Shown piece after piece: positions 46,326-58,099 of a stretch of DNA of 64,000 bases. The DNA is from Heterodontus francisci. Lineage: Eukaryota. The stretch's first letter is position 1. The number at the start of each line of letters is the position of its first letter. The translations under genes and the position numbers were made by a program. The notes beneath the pieces were generated by a model. That model was not told where the DNA came from and ran no database searches. It saw nothing but the letters and a program-made list of their open reading frames with translations. The stretch lies in NCBI RefSeq assembly GCF_036365525.1, contig NC_090376.1, forward strand, positions 141,988,966 to 142,052,965. The letters are read 5' to 3'.

Positions 46326-48699
46326 TTTGTACTAGCATTTCTCTTTGTGAAATAATTGAATAGCTGATGAGTTGCATCTTCCCATTTAAGTTTGGAGATT
46401 TCCTTTCTCTCCAGCATTTGTTTCAATCCAGCTCAGTCAATATGTAGTCTTTTCTCACTCACACTTTTTTTGTAGAGTGTACATTGTCCCACAAAGAATA
46501 ATTATTTGTATAACATTCAATGGGTATTCTATCTTCAGTATGTCCCATGTTCGGAATTTCACTTAAAATATTTGACAAATAGAGTCCCATATCCACTGCC
46601 TCCACAAGACTCAGTGTTTCCGCAGCTAAAGTGCTTTTAATAACTCTTTTTTTATTTTCTTAGCTTCCCAAGCTAAAGGACAACATTTCCCTTTGTCACC
46701 CAACAGAAATATGAAACCAGCTGCACTTAAATATCCATCAGAAAGATTAGCATATGAAGCATCACTAAAAATTACTAGCTTCATGTTCTTTGGGTTACCT
46801 AAGGATGGGAACTTCAGTACACATTTCTCCAGAATTTTTTAAATGTTTTATTTGCCCTTAAAACATTCTTAACTTTTGGGTATTCCATCGTCGTACTTAA
46901 CTCCAGCACATCAAAACTAGCATCAGGTCTAGTCTGAGTACACAACCAGTTTAATTGACCACTCAAGCTTTGCAAATGGTCGGTCTCTGCTTTAGATATA
47001 TCATCATTTTTCTGCAATGATCTAGCATGATTAACCAGGATGGGAGTAACGCACTCTAAATAGGATTGCTGATTTTAAGTTATTACAGCCTTAGTCTGCT
47101 TAGTATCTAAACAAATATATTTAAAGGCCCCAAAAGCCTGACTTCCAATCTTAAATTCTACCCTAATCTAATTAATAACATCGTTCTCAAAATCTGCAGT
47201 ACCACCCCAAAAGAAATCATCAACGTGCATCATGAAGATGCCTCAAAGTTTCCCTTTATGATACTAATAAAACATTGCAGGATCTGCTTTACGTTGAACA
47301 CAGCCAATTTTCAACAAAACAGATCTCACCGAGAAATACCACACCCCGGAAACATCATTAAATCCTTCGAAGCATTTGTTCAGTTTCCACAGTTTTCCTT
47401 CTGCATCTGCTGCCTCTTTAGGTGGTTTCAGAAACACTTCTCTCTGAAACGTATCACCCTGCAGAAATGCAGGTTTTATGTCAATGGATCTAAACTTCAA
47501 TGAATATGTGGAAAAAGAGCTAAAAAGATTTTCAAGATTACTTTTCCAGCCATGGGAGAGTCCACCTCAACATTGGTATCACCCAGTTGCTCTTCAAAAC
47601 CCCTCGCAACTAGCCTTGCTTTAGCCTTATAAGTTCCATCGGGAAGGACTTTTTCAGTACAAATCCATTTATGTGACAAAGCTGGCTGTCCTCTATCTGG
47701 TATCTCAGAATAAACTCCAAACTCTCTCCAACTCTTTAATTCCTTATGTTTTGCTTCTCTTATTCGTTTGTCGATAAGTTTCACCGTCATGAGGACTTCT
47801 GCTTCTAGTTCTATTTCGAGACTGCTCTCCAGCCTTCGTTTCATTGTGGAATCTATTCAAACTGTGGCCTCTTTTGGGACGACCGCTATAAGATCCCCTT
47901 CATGCACTATTGGAGGCTCTTTCTCCGGTACGGGATTGTTTTCTGACACAAGAGTCAATTCCATACACACTATTAGAACGTGCACTGTGCTTTCTTACTC
48001 TCCACACTTTCACCCCATTCTGCTACTCCTTGAACCTTGCTTCTTGGCCATCATCTTGAACATTCAACCAATATTTAAACTTGCCAGTAGATTTTCCTAC
48101 ATCTCCCACAATTGTTGCATCCCTCCATTTATTAGACCCCATGTGGAATATATGTTACCCAAATATCTACACCGGGCAATTGTCCCGTGGATGCGATAGC
48201 TCTTCCTTGAGCGTCATGATCACTCACATTACTATCCAACCCTCGATCTACCGTATTCTGTTCTTCATGACCTTCCTCACAAAACGCATGAGCATTTGAG
48301 GTACAAATTGCCTCATTTCCCTCTATCAGCTGCTCAGATTCTGAGATTTTGTAATCAACCCCGATTAATCGTGAGGAATGAATCTTTACAGTTTGTTTTC
48401 CATGCTTGATAACTACTGTCTTACCATCACAACCTATTACCTTACCAGGGCCCTTCCATTCCCTATGACCTTCTTTTATATAATACGATGCCTCATAGCT
48501 GTACAAATTTTCTCAGAGACCTCAGCCTTGATGAAAGCTCGTCTCCCGACATGTAAAGCATTCAGATGTGCAGCAAAAATTGAACTAATTGCTGTACCTT
48601 GTAGAGCAGGAGGACTGTCACACAGTACAGAAGGCAATTTAGGATTCTGCCCATTGACCAAATGATAGGGACTAAATCCCCCAACCATCTGAAGTGAAG

Positions 48700-49471
48700 T
48701 CTCTGCATGAATGTGGCTCCTGATGCTGGGCTGAAAAGACAGGTTCCCTGCCTCTGCATTTTTCTGACCGCTATAGTGATCCTCTGGTCTTTTGGGGTCA
48801 ATGTTTAAGAAGGCAGGATCCCTGTCCCTTGAAACACTTAATAGGGACGGGAATCCCGCCACTAAGAGCACTGAGCTGCCGGCCAATCACTGGGTCAGCA
48901 GCTCAATAGTATCGGTAGCGCCACCACGAGCGGTGGCCACTGCTGGTACTGCAGAGGCCTCGGACACAAGCCCAGTATTGAAACTCTGGACCCAAGGTAG
49001 GTGAGGCGGAGTCCCTGGGACCAGTCCAGAAGTCCGGCGATGGGAACTGGGGGAGGTGAGTGTTCTGTCCAGTGGGAAGGCAGTCCTGGGTGTGCAGTGG
49101 TTCCCGGTCAGGGGTCCTCCATGCGTAACGAAGTGCCCAGCAAGGAGGGAACCCCAAGCCCACAGGGAAGATGCCTCTTTCTCCAAGGCATCCTCCCTGC
49201 GCGGCAGATCATGGAGGCCCTCCCTGCCACTGGCAAGATCCAAGCGACGGCAGGAAGAGGCCCTTAATTAGCTGTCAGTAGACCACTTAAGGACCTCAAT
49301 TGGTCTCTGGGTGGGAAGGCCAACGTCAGCCTATCCTGCCCCCAAGAAGATTGGTTCTGCAATCCCGACGTCGGTTTCCGTGGCAGCCGCTGTCACTGCC
49401 GCTATGATTCTCCGGTCCCCCCGCCCCCCTGCCACAGAACATGATGTTGGGCTGGGAACAAAACCCCGTCC
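48700..49471. mobile_element. Harbinger-type MITE remnant in Copia integrase (one end lost with adjacent deletion)
   Basis: Shares CTAAGAGC...GCTGCCGGCCAATC and CACTTAAGG cores with the other MITEs; TIR-like AAAACCCCGTCC at 49471. Confidence 0.7.
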
Positions 49472-50138
49472 ATTATTGGCAAATTCCCCTCCATTAACAG
49501 TTAGAAATTTAGCTGGTAGCCCCAATTCAAGTCCCTATCCATTTCTCGGTGATTTGTATCTTTAATCACCCTTTTGTCCTTGCTATTTATTATTGTAGCA
49601 AGACTAAATCTAGTTGCTAGGTGTATAAAATGTAGAATGAAAATATTCTTGTCTTTGTACTATACCTTTAAATTCCTGGCACCTACCTCATTAAAGTCAC
49701 GTGCCAATGGAAAGCTTACAATAGGACATGATGGTGTCCTCCGATACTTTTTACAGATTTCACATTTTTAACAAATCTCTTATTCTTGTATACTCTTCAT
49801 TAATCACACCCGTATCCTTTAGCAGGGTTTTTAATCTTTGACAAAAAGGGTGAGCAAATTGTCTGTGTAACGTTAAGATAATTTGCTTTTTATCTCTCTG
49901 ATTCTCATCACCTGATGCTATTAATACTTCCTTAACACTCTGATTAGAAACATCAGGTTTTGTTAAGGGAATACTATCATGCCCTGATTGGGTAAACTAC
50001 AAATTCACTGACCTTCCAAAAACAATTGCCTTATCATGCTCCATATCAAGTTTCATTTGTGCCTTTTTTCATTGAAGGTTTACTCAACAGTAAAGGTCTC
50101 TCACTAGAGACTACATCCAGTCATTTAGTAGTACAGAA

Positions 50139-50389
50139 CTTGAGTATTGCTGAAAATAGAGACATGTTGTTGAAGCTTTTTGTCTTGCACTCATCAGGAC
50201 AAACTACAAGAATACCAACGTAAGGGAAAATAACAACTTTTTACTGTATGAGAAGAGAGTGCTGAATGGTTGGTTCTCATACAGTATAAAGTTGTTGTTT
50301 TTCCCTGACATTGGTATTCTTGTGGATTGGCCTGCTGAGTGCAAGATGAAAAGCTTTGACATCATGTCTCTAATTTCAGCAAAATCAAG
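50139..50389. mobile_element. Penelope-type inverted repeat (116-bp arms, 19-nt loop) with hammerhead cores
   Basis: Arms 50139-50254 and 50274-50389 are imperfect reverse complements; each has a CTG(A/C)TGAGTGCAAGA..AAAAGCTT core. Confidence 0.8.
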
Positions 50390-51077
50390 AGAGTACATCA
50401 ATACCATAAAGTGCTTCCTCCGGCTATTTCACTAGGAATTACTGCTTTCTTCAGTGATTTCAAAGTGTTGTCATCACCAAACCTATAGCTAGTCATACTT
50501 TTATACTCCTTAACCTTGTGTCGATCTTCACTACTGAGTGAATCCAGATAACATTGAAACCAATCTGTTCCACTGACAATGTGCAAGCACTATCTAACAC
50601 AGCACTGTTAAATGAATCCACAACTAACACATTCATCACAGGATTAAACCTTCTTGTGAATAGTGCAATTTGTTCAGATTCATCAGTATCTTCCTCTTCT
50701 GCCTCAGAATTCCCTGTGTCATGTGTTATTTTGAGGATCTGCTCCTCTGCTTTGGGCAGTTCATTGCAGAATGATACTTGAGTCACAACTGAAGCACCTA
50801 TTAACTGTTCCTTAGGCATTCCTTGGAGTCATTCATCTATGATTGTGGTTCCAATTCTGTCTTCCAGTGTAATAGTCAGACCTGCTAAAGGTGCTTTCAT
50901 CCCCATCCCTCCTGTCTTTAACTCTTCCATAGTACTTATGCCTGTGTCCAGTATCTGGACCATTTCAAAATCTAGTCCTCCATTCTTTGTGTAACAGCAG
51001 AATTCCCTGTTTGTTCTACCAGGGCTACAGGAAATGACTGTTTCACCAGGAATTTCTTTAAGGCAGCAGACATCTGA

Positions 51078-51275
51078 TCTAATGTCCTTTAGGGAAGGAA
51101 ATCTGCTGGCCTTACCTGGTCTGACCTACATGTGACTCCAAACTCACAGCAGTGTGGTTGACTCTTAAATGACCTCTGAAATGGTCTAGCAAGCCACTCA
51201 GTTCAAGGGCAGTTAGGGATGGGCAATAAATGCTGGCCTAGCCAGCAATGCCCACATCCCATGAACAAATTAAAT
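51078..51275 (+). mobile_element. SINE family 2, 3' part, inside Copia gag
   Basis: CTAATGTCCTTTAGGGAAGGAAATCTG...GGGCAATAAATGCTGGCCTAGCCAGCAATGCCCACATCCCATGAAC. Confidence 0.8.
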
Positions 51276-52156
51276 AACAGGGAGCAATTTTCCAAGAACT
51301 GAATCCCAGTTGGAACCAAGAGCCTGTCCACATGCAACATCCTAGCACAATCTAGCAATTTAAATGCTAAACGAAGGATCTCCAAAATGAATTTCCTCAC
51401 CTTCTATACGGTCTTTTAAAGTCCATGATATATTCCTCCATTGAATAACCATCTGTTTTCCGAAATCTATCAAAGTCTGACAATGCCTCATACGCATTCA
51501 ATAGGTCATCTTCTTGTACATTTCATTCAAGAATTCCAACAGAAGATCCAATCCTTCATGAGTATCCAACTGATGAGCATTCAGTTCACAAAACACTTTA
51601 CTTCCAATTTTACGTTTGCTAGGAAGTGACAACGCTAAGGCCATACCTTGTTTCCTCTTTGGTGGGGATGCAGCCCCTGTCCACATCGCCACTTCATTCT
51701 TCCGCTTGTCATATGGTTCAGACTCAGAGAACATCAGAGGGTAATCATACCCTGACAATTTACACTTGCTTTTTGCCATATTTTCCACAATAGCCAGTGA
51801 TATTTTGGTTTTCTATGAAAAAAGAAAAAATCCTAGTTTCCAACCTTCAGCTTTAGGCAACCATCCTCTGCTAGCATGTTAAATTCCAGAAAACTTGTTT
51901 TGGAAGGATAATGCTGGAGCCTATCTTTACTCATTCTCACATTTATTTTGCAGAGTAAACGGATTACAAGCATGTAGCTCCTCACTCAATCTTCCTTCCC
52001 TCAGTCTCAGTAAGAGTTTCCTTATAAGTGTTCAAATAAGTCCCCAGTTAACACCCTCCACCTGCATACAATTAAACAATTGATATGCAGTTAACAATGG
52101 CCAAGCATGGAGACCACTGCATTGTGCAGAGCACTGAGTGAGTCACATTGTAAAAA

Positions 52157-52326
52157 TAAAATTGCCCCTAGTGTCGGTAGGTGGTAGGAAAATTGAGGGA
52201 AAGTGAGCTGTGAGAGGGAAAAATGGGATTAATATAGGATTAGTATAAATGGGTGATCGATGGTCGGCACGGACTCGGTAGGCCGAAGGCCCTGTTTCGG
52301 TGCTGTATCTCTCTATGACTATGACT
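52157..52326 (+). mobile_element. HE1/V-type SINE 3' fragment
   Basis: Matches the reverse complement of 54900-55075; (ATGACT)n tail. Confidence 0.8.
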
Positions 52327-52639
52327 GGCATGTCTTCTTACTCTCTATGTGCACTGTATCCCATTGTTATCATTTTATAAATAATCACACTTGAAGGCAC
52401 AAGTCTGAGACTCCATTTATTGACAGTGTGACAAAAAAGTGGTATGAGGTGGTGAAGGTGATCAAGGTTGCAATCAGGGAGAGGGCAAATACTGCAGGCA
52501 CATGTGCATTCTTCATTGATAATAAGTGTTTAAATGTTCCAGCCTTTGTCTTCAATGGATGTGTCAGCACAGTTACCTCAAGAGTGAATTGCATCCCATG
52601 CCTTCATCCTGGGTCAGAGTGACTCAGTTGAAATGTTCC

Positions 52640-53700
52640 TGAATCAAATGATCTCTGATTCATGGCATCCTGAGACCTTCATGCCCCGTGTCATGCCCGG
52701 CCATTGCCTTGTGCAGTCGGGATGCCTTGGCATTCGGCATCCTCCCCCTACGCCTTGGCTTCCCCCTCCTCCTCACATCCTACTTATCCTCTTCCTCCAA
52801 TGAACTCTCGTGTTCTAGGGCCTCACCGTCCTCAAAGTCCATACCTGTCTGGAAGGCCAGGTAATGGAGTGCACAGCAGACCACCATGATAGCTGAGACC
52901 CTTGCAGGATTGTGTTGGAGGGCATGAGCTGACTGGTCCAAGCATTGGAATCGCATTTTGAGAAGCCCAATGGCCTGTTCAATGGCTACCCTAGTGAGCA
53001 GATGGCATTGGTTGTTATCACCTATGTGCCTCTGCCTGGGGCTCCTGTAGAGGGGTGTGTTGCCATCTCTCCCTTGTCCCCTAGGATTGATCCGCGCATT
53101 CTGGGGGTTGGCATGCCGATCCAAGATATCTTGGACTGCCAGAGGATGAAGGAGTCATGGCAGCTGCCAGGAAAGTGAGTGCACACATGGAGGAAGCTCT
53201 TGCTGTGGTGGCAGATCAGCTGATCATTGAGGGGGTGGAAGCTCTTCCTGTTGGTCACTGGGTGCCTTGATGGCCACATGGGTGCAATGGATGATGCCCT
53301 ACACCTGGGGGAATCCAGCAATGGCAGTGAAATTCACTGCCATCTATGCCGCAGAGGCCTCATCAGTCATGAAATGGTTGTATTGTCTAGTGTGGCATAT
53401 AGGGCATCAGTGACCTGTGAGATGCAGTGGTGTGCAGCCGTTTGCGAGATGCTGCCGAGGTCCGTAACTGAGCCAGAAGTGAAGTTGTTCAGGGCCACAG
53501 TGACTTTGACAGCTACTGGCAGGGCACAGCAACCAGTGCTGCGAGGTGCGAGGTTTTGGTGACGAGGGCACAGACGTCTGTAACCATCTGCCTGGAGAAT
53601 AACGGCACTGGGTCTCAGTCATCTCCAGGTAGCTCCATCTTTGGCAGTAGATCTGATGCGGAGGCTATGGCCTCTGTGTCCCTTCTGTCCCTTGTTCCTT
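52640..53700 (-). pseudogene. PIF/Harbinger DDE transposase, degenerate
   Basis: NRKSFHPLNDQLIC, FPGSCHDSFIL, ILGDKG, TRVAIEQAIGLLKMRFQCLD, VVCCALH, acidic tail (ORFs 53022-53321, 52780-53124). Confidence 0.92.
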
Positions 53701-54340
53701 TCCTCTGCCCACCTGATTCCCAGGGCTCTCCCCTTCCTGTTGAGAGTGTTGCTGCTCATTGCCACTGGGCCCAAAATCTGAGAGTTATGCCCACATTGCC
53801 AGCTGCCACCTTCCTTGTGGTCAGTTGGTTGCCCAGTTGACCTTGGCTGCCTTGCCCCCTGCTCTTTTGCTCCCGCAATGCCAGGAGGGTGACGACCCCC
53901 TGCACTTACCAAGTGCTTACTGCCCATTCTTCTCACCACCTGCACAGCGCCAATAGCACCAATCTCCCAATGGTTGTGTCCCCCTCTGCGCCATTGAATC
54001 TTTTGTGGGTCTGGTGTAATTCCCTGCGGTGGCCATGACTGCCTTCCCACTCCGTACCCATTTTCTTTCACTCGGTCTGACTCAGGCAGCATGTATAGCC
54101 CGTGCGTCCCCGTGAAGCTCTCAACTCCCCCAGTTGATGAATTCTTAATGAGCTTTCTGAGTATCATAATTGGCCTTAATTTGGGATCGGGTGGGTTTGT
54201 GATCCTGCCCTCCCCCCTCACTAGTGAACATGGCTGGTGGCGGGAGCGGTGTAGCAAAAGCAGCACCCCGGCCAGCACTGGCATTTATGGGCCTTATGCG
54301 CCTCTGTTCCTGTCCTCGGCCGGGCCTGAAAATTCAGCCA

Positions 54341-56365
54341 TTGTGTTTGTCTTCACAGTAGAATAACAAATTACATACCAAAAATAGAGGGTAACCACAG
54401 GGCTAATAAGTATGAGGAACTTTAATTAATTAATTACAGCAGAGAAAAAGTATTAGAGAAACTTCAGGGGCTAAAATCTGACAAATCCTCTACATCCTCG
54501 GGTTCTAAAAGCGATAGCTGCAGAGATAGTGGATGCACTGGTCATGATTTTCCAAAATTCCCTAGATTCTAGAATAGTTCCAGTGAATTAGAAATTAGCA
54601 AATGTTACACTTATATTCAAGAAAAGAGGAAGGGAGAAAATAGGGAATTACAGACCAGGTAGCCTAACATCATTCATCAGGAAAATGCTCGAATCTATTA
54701 TTAAGGAAGTCTTAACAAAGCACTTAAAAAAAAATCATAGTTTGATCAAATTATGAATCAACACGGTTTTACTAAAAGGAAATTGTGTTAGACAAATTTA
54801 TTAGAGTTGAGTTTTTTGGGGATGTAACTAGAATGGTAGATAAAGGGGAGCCAGTACATTTAGTATACTTGGATTTCCAAAAAGCACTCGATAAGGTTTA
54901 GTTTTAGTTTAGTTTAGAGATACAGCACTGAAACAGGCCCTTCGGCCCACCGAGTCTGTGCCGACCATCAACCACCCATTTATACTAATCCTACACTAAT
55001 TCCATATTCCTACCACATCCCCACCTATCCCTATATTTCCCTACCACCTACCTATACTAGTGGCAATTTATAATGGCCAATTAACTAACCAACCTGCAAG
55101 TCTTTGGCATGTGGGAGGAAACCAGAGCACCCGGAGGAAACCCATGCAGACACAGGGAGAACTTGCAAACTCCACACAGGCAGTACCCAGAATTGAACCC
55201 GGGTCGCTGGAGCTGTGAGGCTGCGGTGCTAACCACTGCGCCACTGTGCCACAAAAAATGTTAATTTGCAATATGGATTTGATGGTAATATATTAGCAAG
55301 GTTGGAGAATTGCTTAACAGACAGGAAGCAGAGAGTAGGGATAAATGGGCATTGACAGGCTGTAACTAGTGAAGTACCACAAGGATCAGTGCTGGGGTCA
55401 TAGCTATTTACAATCTATATTAATGACTTAGACAAAGAGACCAAGAGTAATGCATCCAAGTTTGCTGACAATACAAAGTTAGGTGGGAATGTAAGCTGCG
55501 AGGACACAAAGAGGCTGCAGAGATATGAACAAGTTAAGCGAGTGGGCAACAAGGCTGACAGATGGAGTATAATGTGGGAAGTATGAGTTTATTCACTTTG
55601 TCAGTAAGAATAGAAAAGCAGAACATTTTTCAAAGGCATGAAACTATTAAATGTCGATGTTCAGAGAGACTTGAGTGCACTTGTGCAAGGAACACAGAAA
55701 GTTAGCATGCAGGTACTGCAAGCAATTTTGAAATCAAGTGACACATTGGCCATTATTGCAAGGGGATTGAAATACAAGAATAAGGAAGTCTTGGTACAAT
55801 TGTACTATGCTTTGTTGAGGCCACATCCAGAGTACTGTGCACAGTTTTGGTCTCCATATTTAAGGAAAAATATACTTGCTTTCGAGGCAGTACAGCAAAG
55901 GTTCACTAGGTTGGTTCCCGGGATGAGAGGCTGTCCTATGATGAGAGGCTGAGGAAATTGGGCCTATATTCGCTGGAGTTGAGAAGAATGAGAGGTAATC
56001 TCAATGAAGCATACAGGAATTCTGATGGGACTTGACAGGGTAGACATTGTGAGGTTGTTTCCCCTGGCTGGAGAATCTAGAACACAGGGACACAGTCTCA
56101 GGATAAGGGAGAAATTTCTTCATTCAAAGGGTTGTGAGTCTTTGGAGTTGTCTACCCCAGAGGGTAGTGGATGCTCCAGCGTTGCGTATATTCAAGGCTG
56201 AGATAGATAGATCTTTGGTCTCTCAGGGAATCAAGGGATATGGGGAGCAGGTGGGAAAGTGGAGTTAAGACAGAAGATCAGCCCTGATCGAACTGAATGT
56301 CGGAGCAGGCTTGAGGAGCCATATGGTCTACTCCTGATCCTATTTCTTATGTTCTTATGTTCTTG
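54341..56365 (+). mobile_element. CR1 LINE right arm (continuation of 31025-31260)
   Basis: RT motifs YLDFQKALDK, PQGSVLG, KFADNTK; ORF2 C-terminus; (TTCTTATG)n tail. Confidence 0.92.
54897..55250 (-). mobile_element. Near full-length HE1/V-SINE
   Basis: A box TGGCGCAGTGG, B box GGTTCAATTC, V domain TGTGTGGAGTTTGCAAGTTCTCCCTGTGTCTGCATGGGTTTCCTCCGGGTGCTCTGGTTTCCTCCCACA, CR1-type tail GGGCCGAAGGGCCTGTTTCAGTGCTG, (CTAAA)n. Confidence 0.93.
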
Positions 56366-57110
56366 TGTCACATGCTCCATTGATTTCAATGCAACATGAA
56401 ATTGGACTATAAACTGAAGATGAGCATTGCATCCTTTCCAAATTAAAACCTCCAGACAAACATAGAATATGCTGCAGTAGTACCTCGCAGCAGTAATTTA
56501 TCCAGTGCCAATTGCTCAGATGCATCTTGCATGATATATATTGTTGTCAGCTCCCAGTTAATCACCATATCAGATCAATAACCTCATTATCATCTTAACC
56601 ATTTTTAATCTCTAAGAAATGTGGTGCTGCATTTTTCTAAGCAATGCTGAATATTTAATCAAGTGTATGCATACATCTATGCAAGACAAATATTAAAAAC
56701 CTTTATCTAATTGATGAATTTTTTCTTCATTACATCATGTGCTTTTGGTCTACAATTATCATTTATCAATATATTAGAGTATACTGCAGAGGACTTTTTA
56801 AATCTTAAAGCTTTAGTCTATTTTACTGCTGACAGTTCTAGAGAGAGATTGTGCAAGGCTTACACACCTGAATATTTTGCCTGGCAATATTGGATAGCAC
56901 ACTGAGGCAGCTGTTTTTCGTACAACTCAGCAGAAGTGAGGGCACCTTTAAACACTATTTTACTTACGTTAAGAGGGGCCAGACCTGCAATGAACACCTG
57001 CAAAAGTGAATTAACAACAACGGACCTTCACTCTCCTTGAAAAAGTCTACTGGGGCAAGAAAGTGTGATTTCTTTTAGCACCCAGCAGTGCTTTCTTCAT
57101 CTATATTAAC

Positions 57111-57155
57111 TCAAGTAGGTACTTAAACCCATGTCAAGTAGGTACTTAAACCCAT
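57111..57155. repeat. 23-bp tandem duplication
   Basis: TCAAGTAGGTACTTAAACCCAT twice, period 23. Confidence 0.9.
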
Positions 57156-57983
57156 TGCAACAAAGGTACAACAATGACAATGTAGCAGTTCACTTGGCTG
57201 AGGTGAACTTATGATAGAAGCATATCTGAGGTAAGAAATTTCATCAGGGTCACTGGGGAGTAACGATGGTTATTAATTCAAAACTGCGTGTTAGAGTTTT
57301 TAATATCATGCAACAATTCCAATACAGAGCCAGCATAATGATGGCTTGAAAGTGGATTATAAGCAAGGCACACATCTCTGTGAATGGAATTGATTTGAAT
57401 GAAATGAAAGTGACAATCATTTCAATTCATTATCAATTTTTAGAGACAAAGCATTCAGACTTTAAATTACAGTGTTCAATATATATATTTTCTAAGCTGG
57501 GTGCCTGCTGAATTTGACCACCTTTTAAAATTGGAGGGTAAGGAAGATATTGAGAGAAAATTTCAAATACTAAAGCCAAATTCTAGTTGCATAACTGTCT
57601 ATATTATTAAATAATAGTTAAGCCTATTTCTACCTTTTTTATTTTTTATGTTTATTAGGATAAGCATATAATTTTAATTTACATGCTCTTTCCTCACCAT
57701 ATTGTTCTAAACTATGTTTTCTCTCCATCCTGAGGTCCTCCTCATTTTTATTTTATATCCTTCATTTTTTTAGTCACTGAGCATATGTTCCAATATTTCG
57801 TAGTTCTGGGCACTTTATCTAAAGTAACATCATGGAATAGACCAAAAAGGAAACAGGAAGTGAGAAATACTGGGACGAAGATTTAAAAAAATAGAAACGA
57901 GTCAGAATAAGAAATGAAAGAAATAGAGGGAAACTTTTTCTTGGCTTCTGTCTATTGTAGAACAAAATGCTGAAAATACATGG

Positions 57984-58099
57984 TGGTAGAAATTCACCTT
58001 TGCAGTAGCTCAAAATGAGCAGTATCATTCTGGCCACTCATTATAGAACCCGTCTGATATTCAGTCGCATTTACTACCACACAAAATGAATTTCTACCC
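57984..58099. mobile_element. Small MITE
   Basis: TIRs TGGTAGAAATTCA / TGAATTTCTACCC. Confidence 0.6.

Larger units (their letters stand above)
44432..52096 (-). mobile_element. Ty1/Copia LTR retrotransposon, GalEa-like, complete outline but degenerate
   Basis: LTRs 44432-44648 and 51877-52096 (TG...CA); TSD GTGGC/ATGGC; PBS TG(C)TAGCAGAGGATGG (tRNA-iMet); PPT AAAAGAAGGGAA; order gag (51498-51788), protease AVLDSACT, integrase (LHRQFAHP, CEICK, TVNGGEF), RT (KARLVARGF, SIDIKPAFLQG, HVDDF), RNase H (FSDASYAN, TLAAET). Confidence 0.93.
31261..54340. mobile_element. PIF/Harbinger DNA transposon, both ends present, expanded to 23 kb by nested insertions
   Basis: Imperfect TIRs AGCGAAATTTTCA / TGAAAATTCAGCCA; possible TSD TTG; flanking CR1 joins across it; Myb gene on + and transposase on -. 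Confidence 0.8.

Noticed and set aside
55170-55250. tRNA gene
   Set aside because: A and B boxes belong to the SINE head; no full cloverleaf, and it continues into the V domain.
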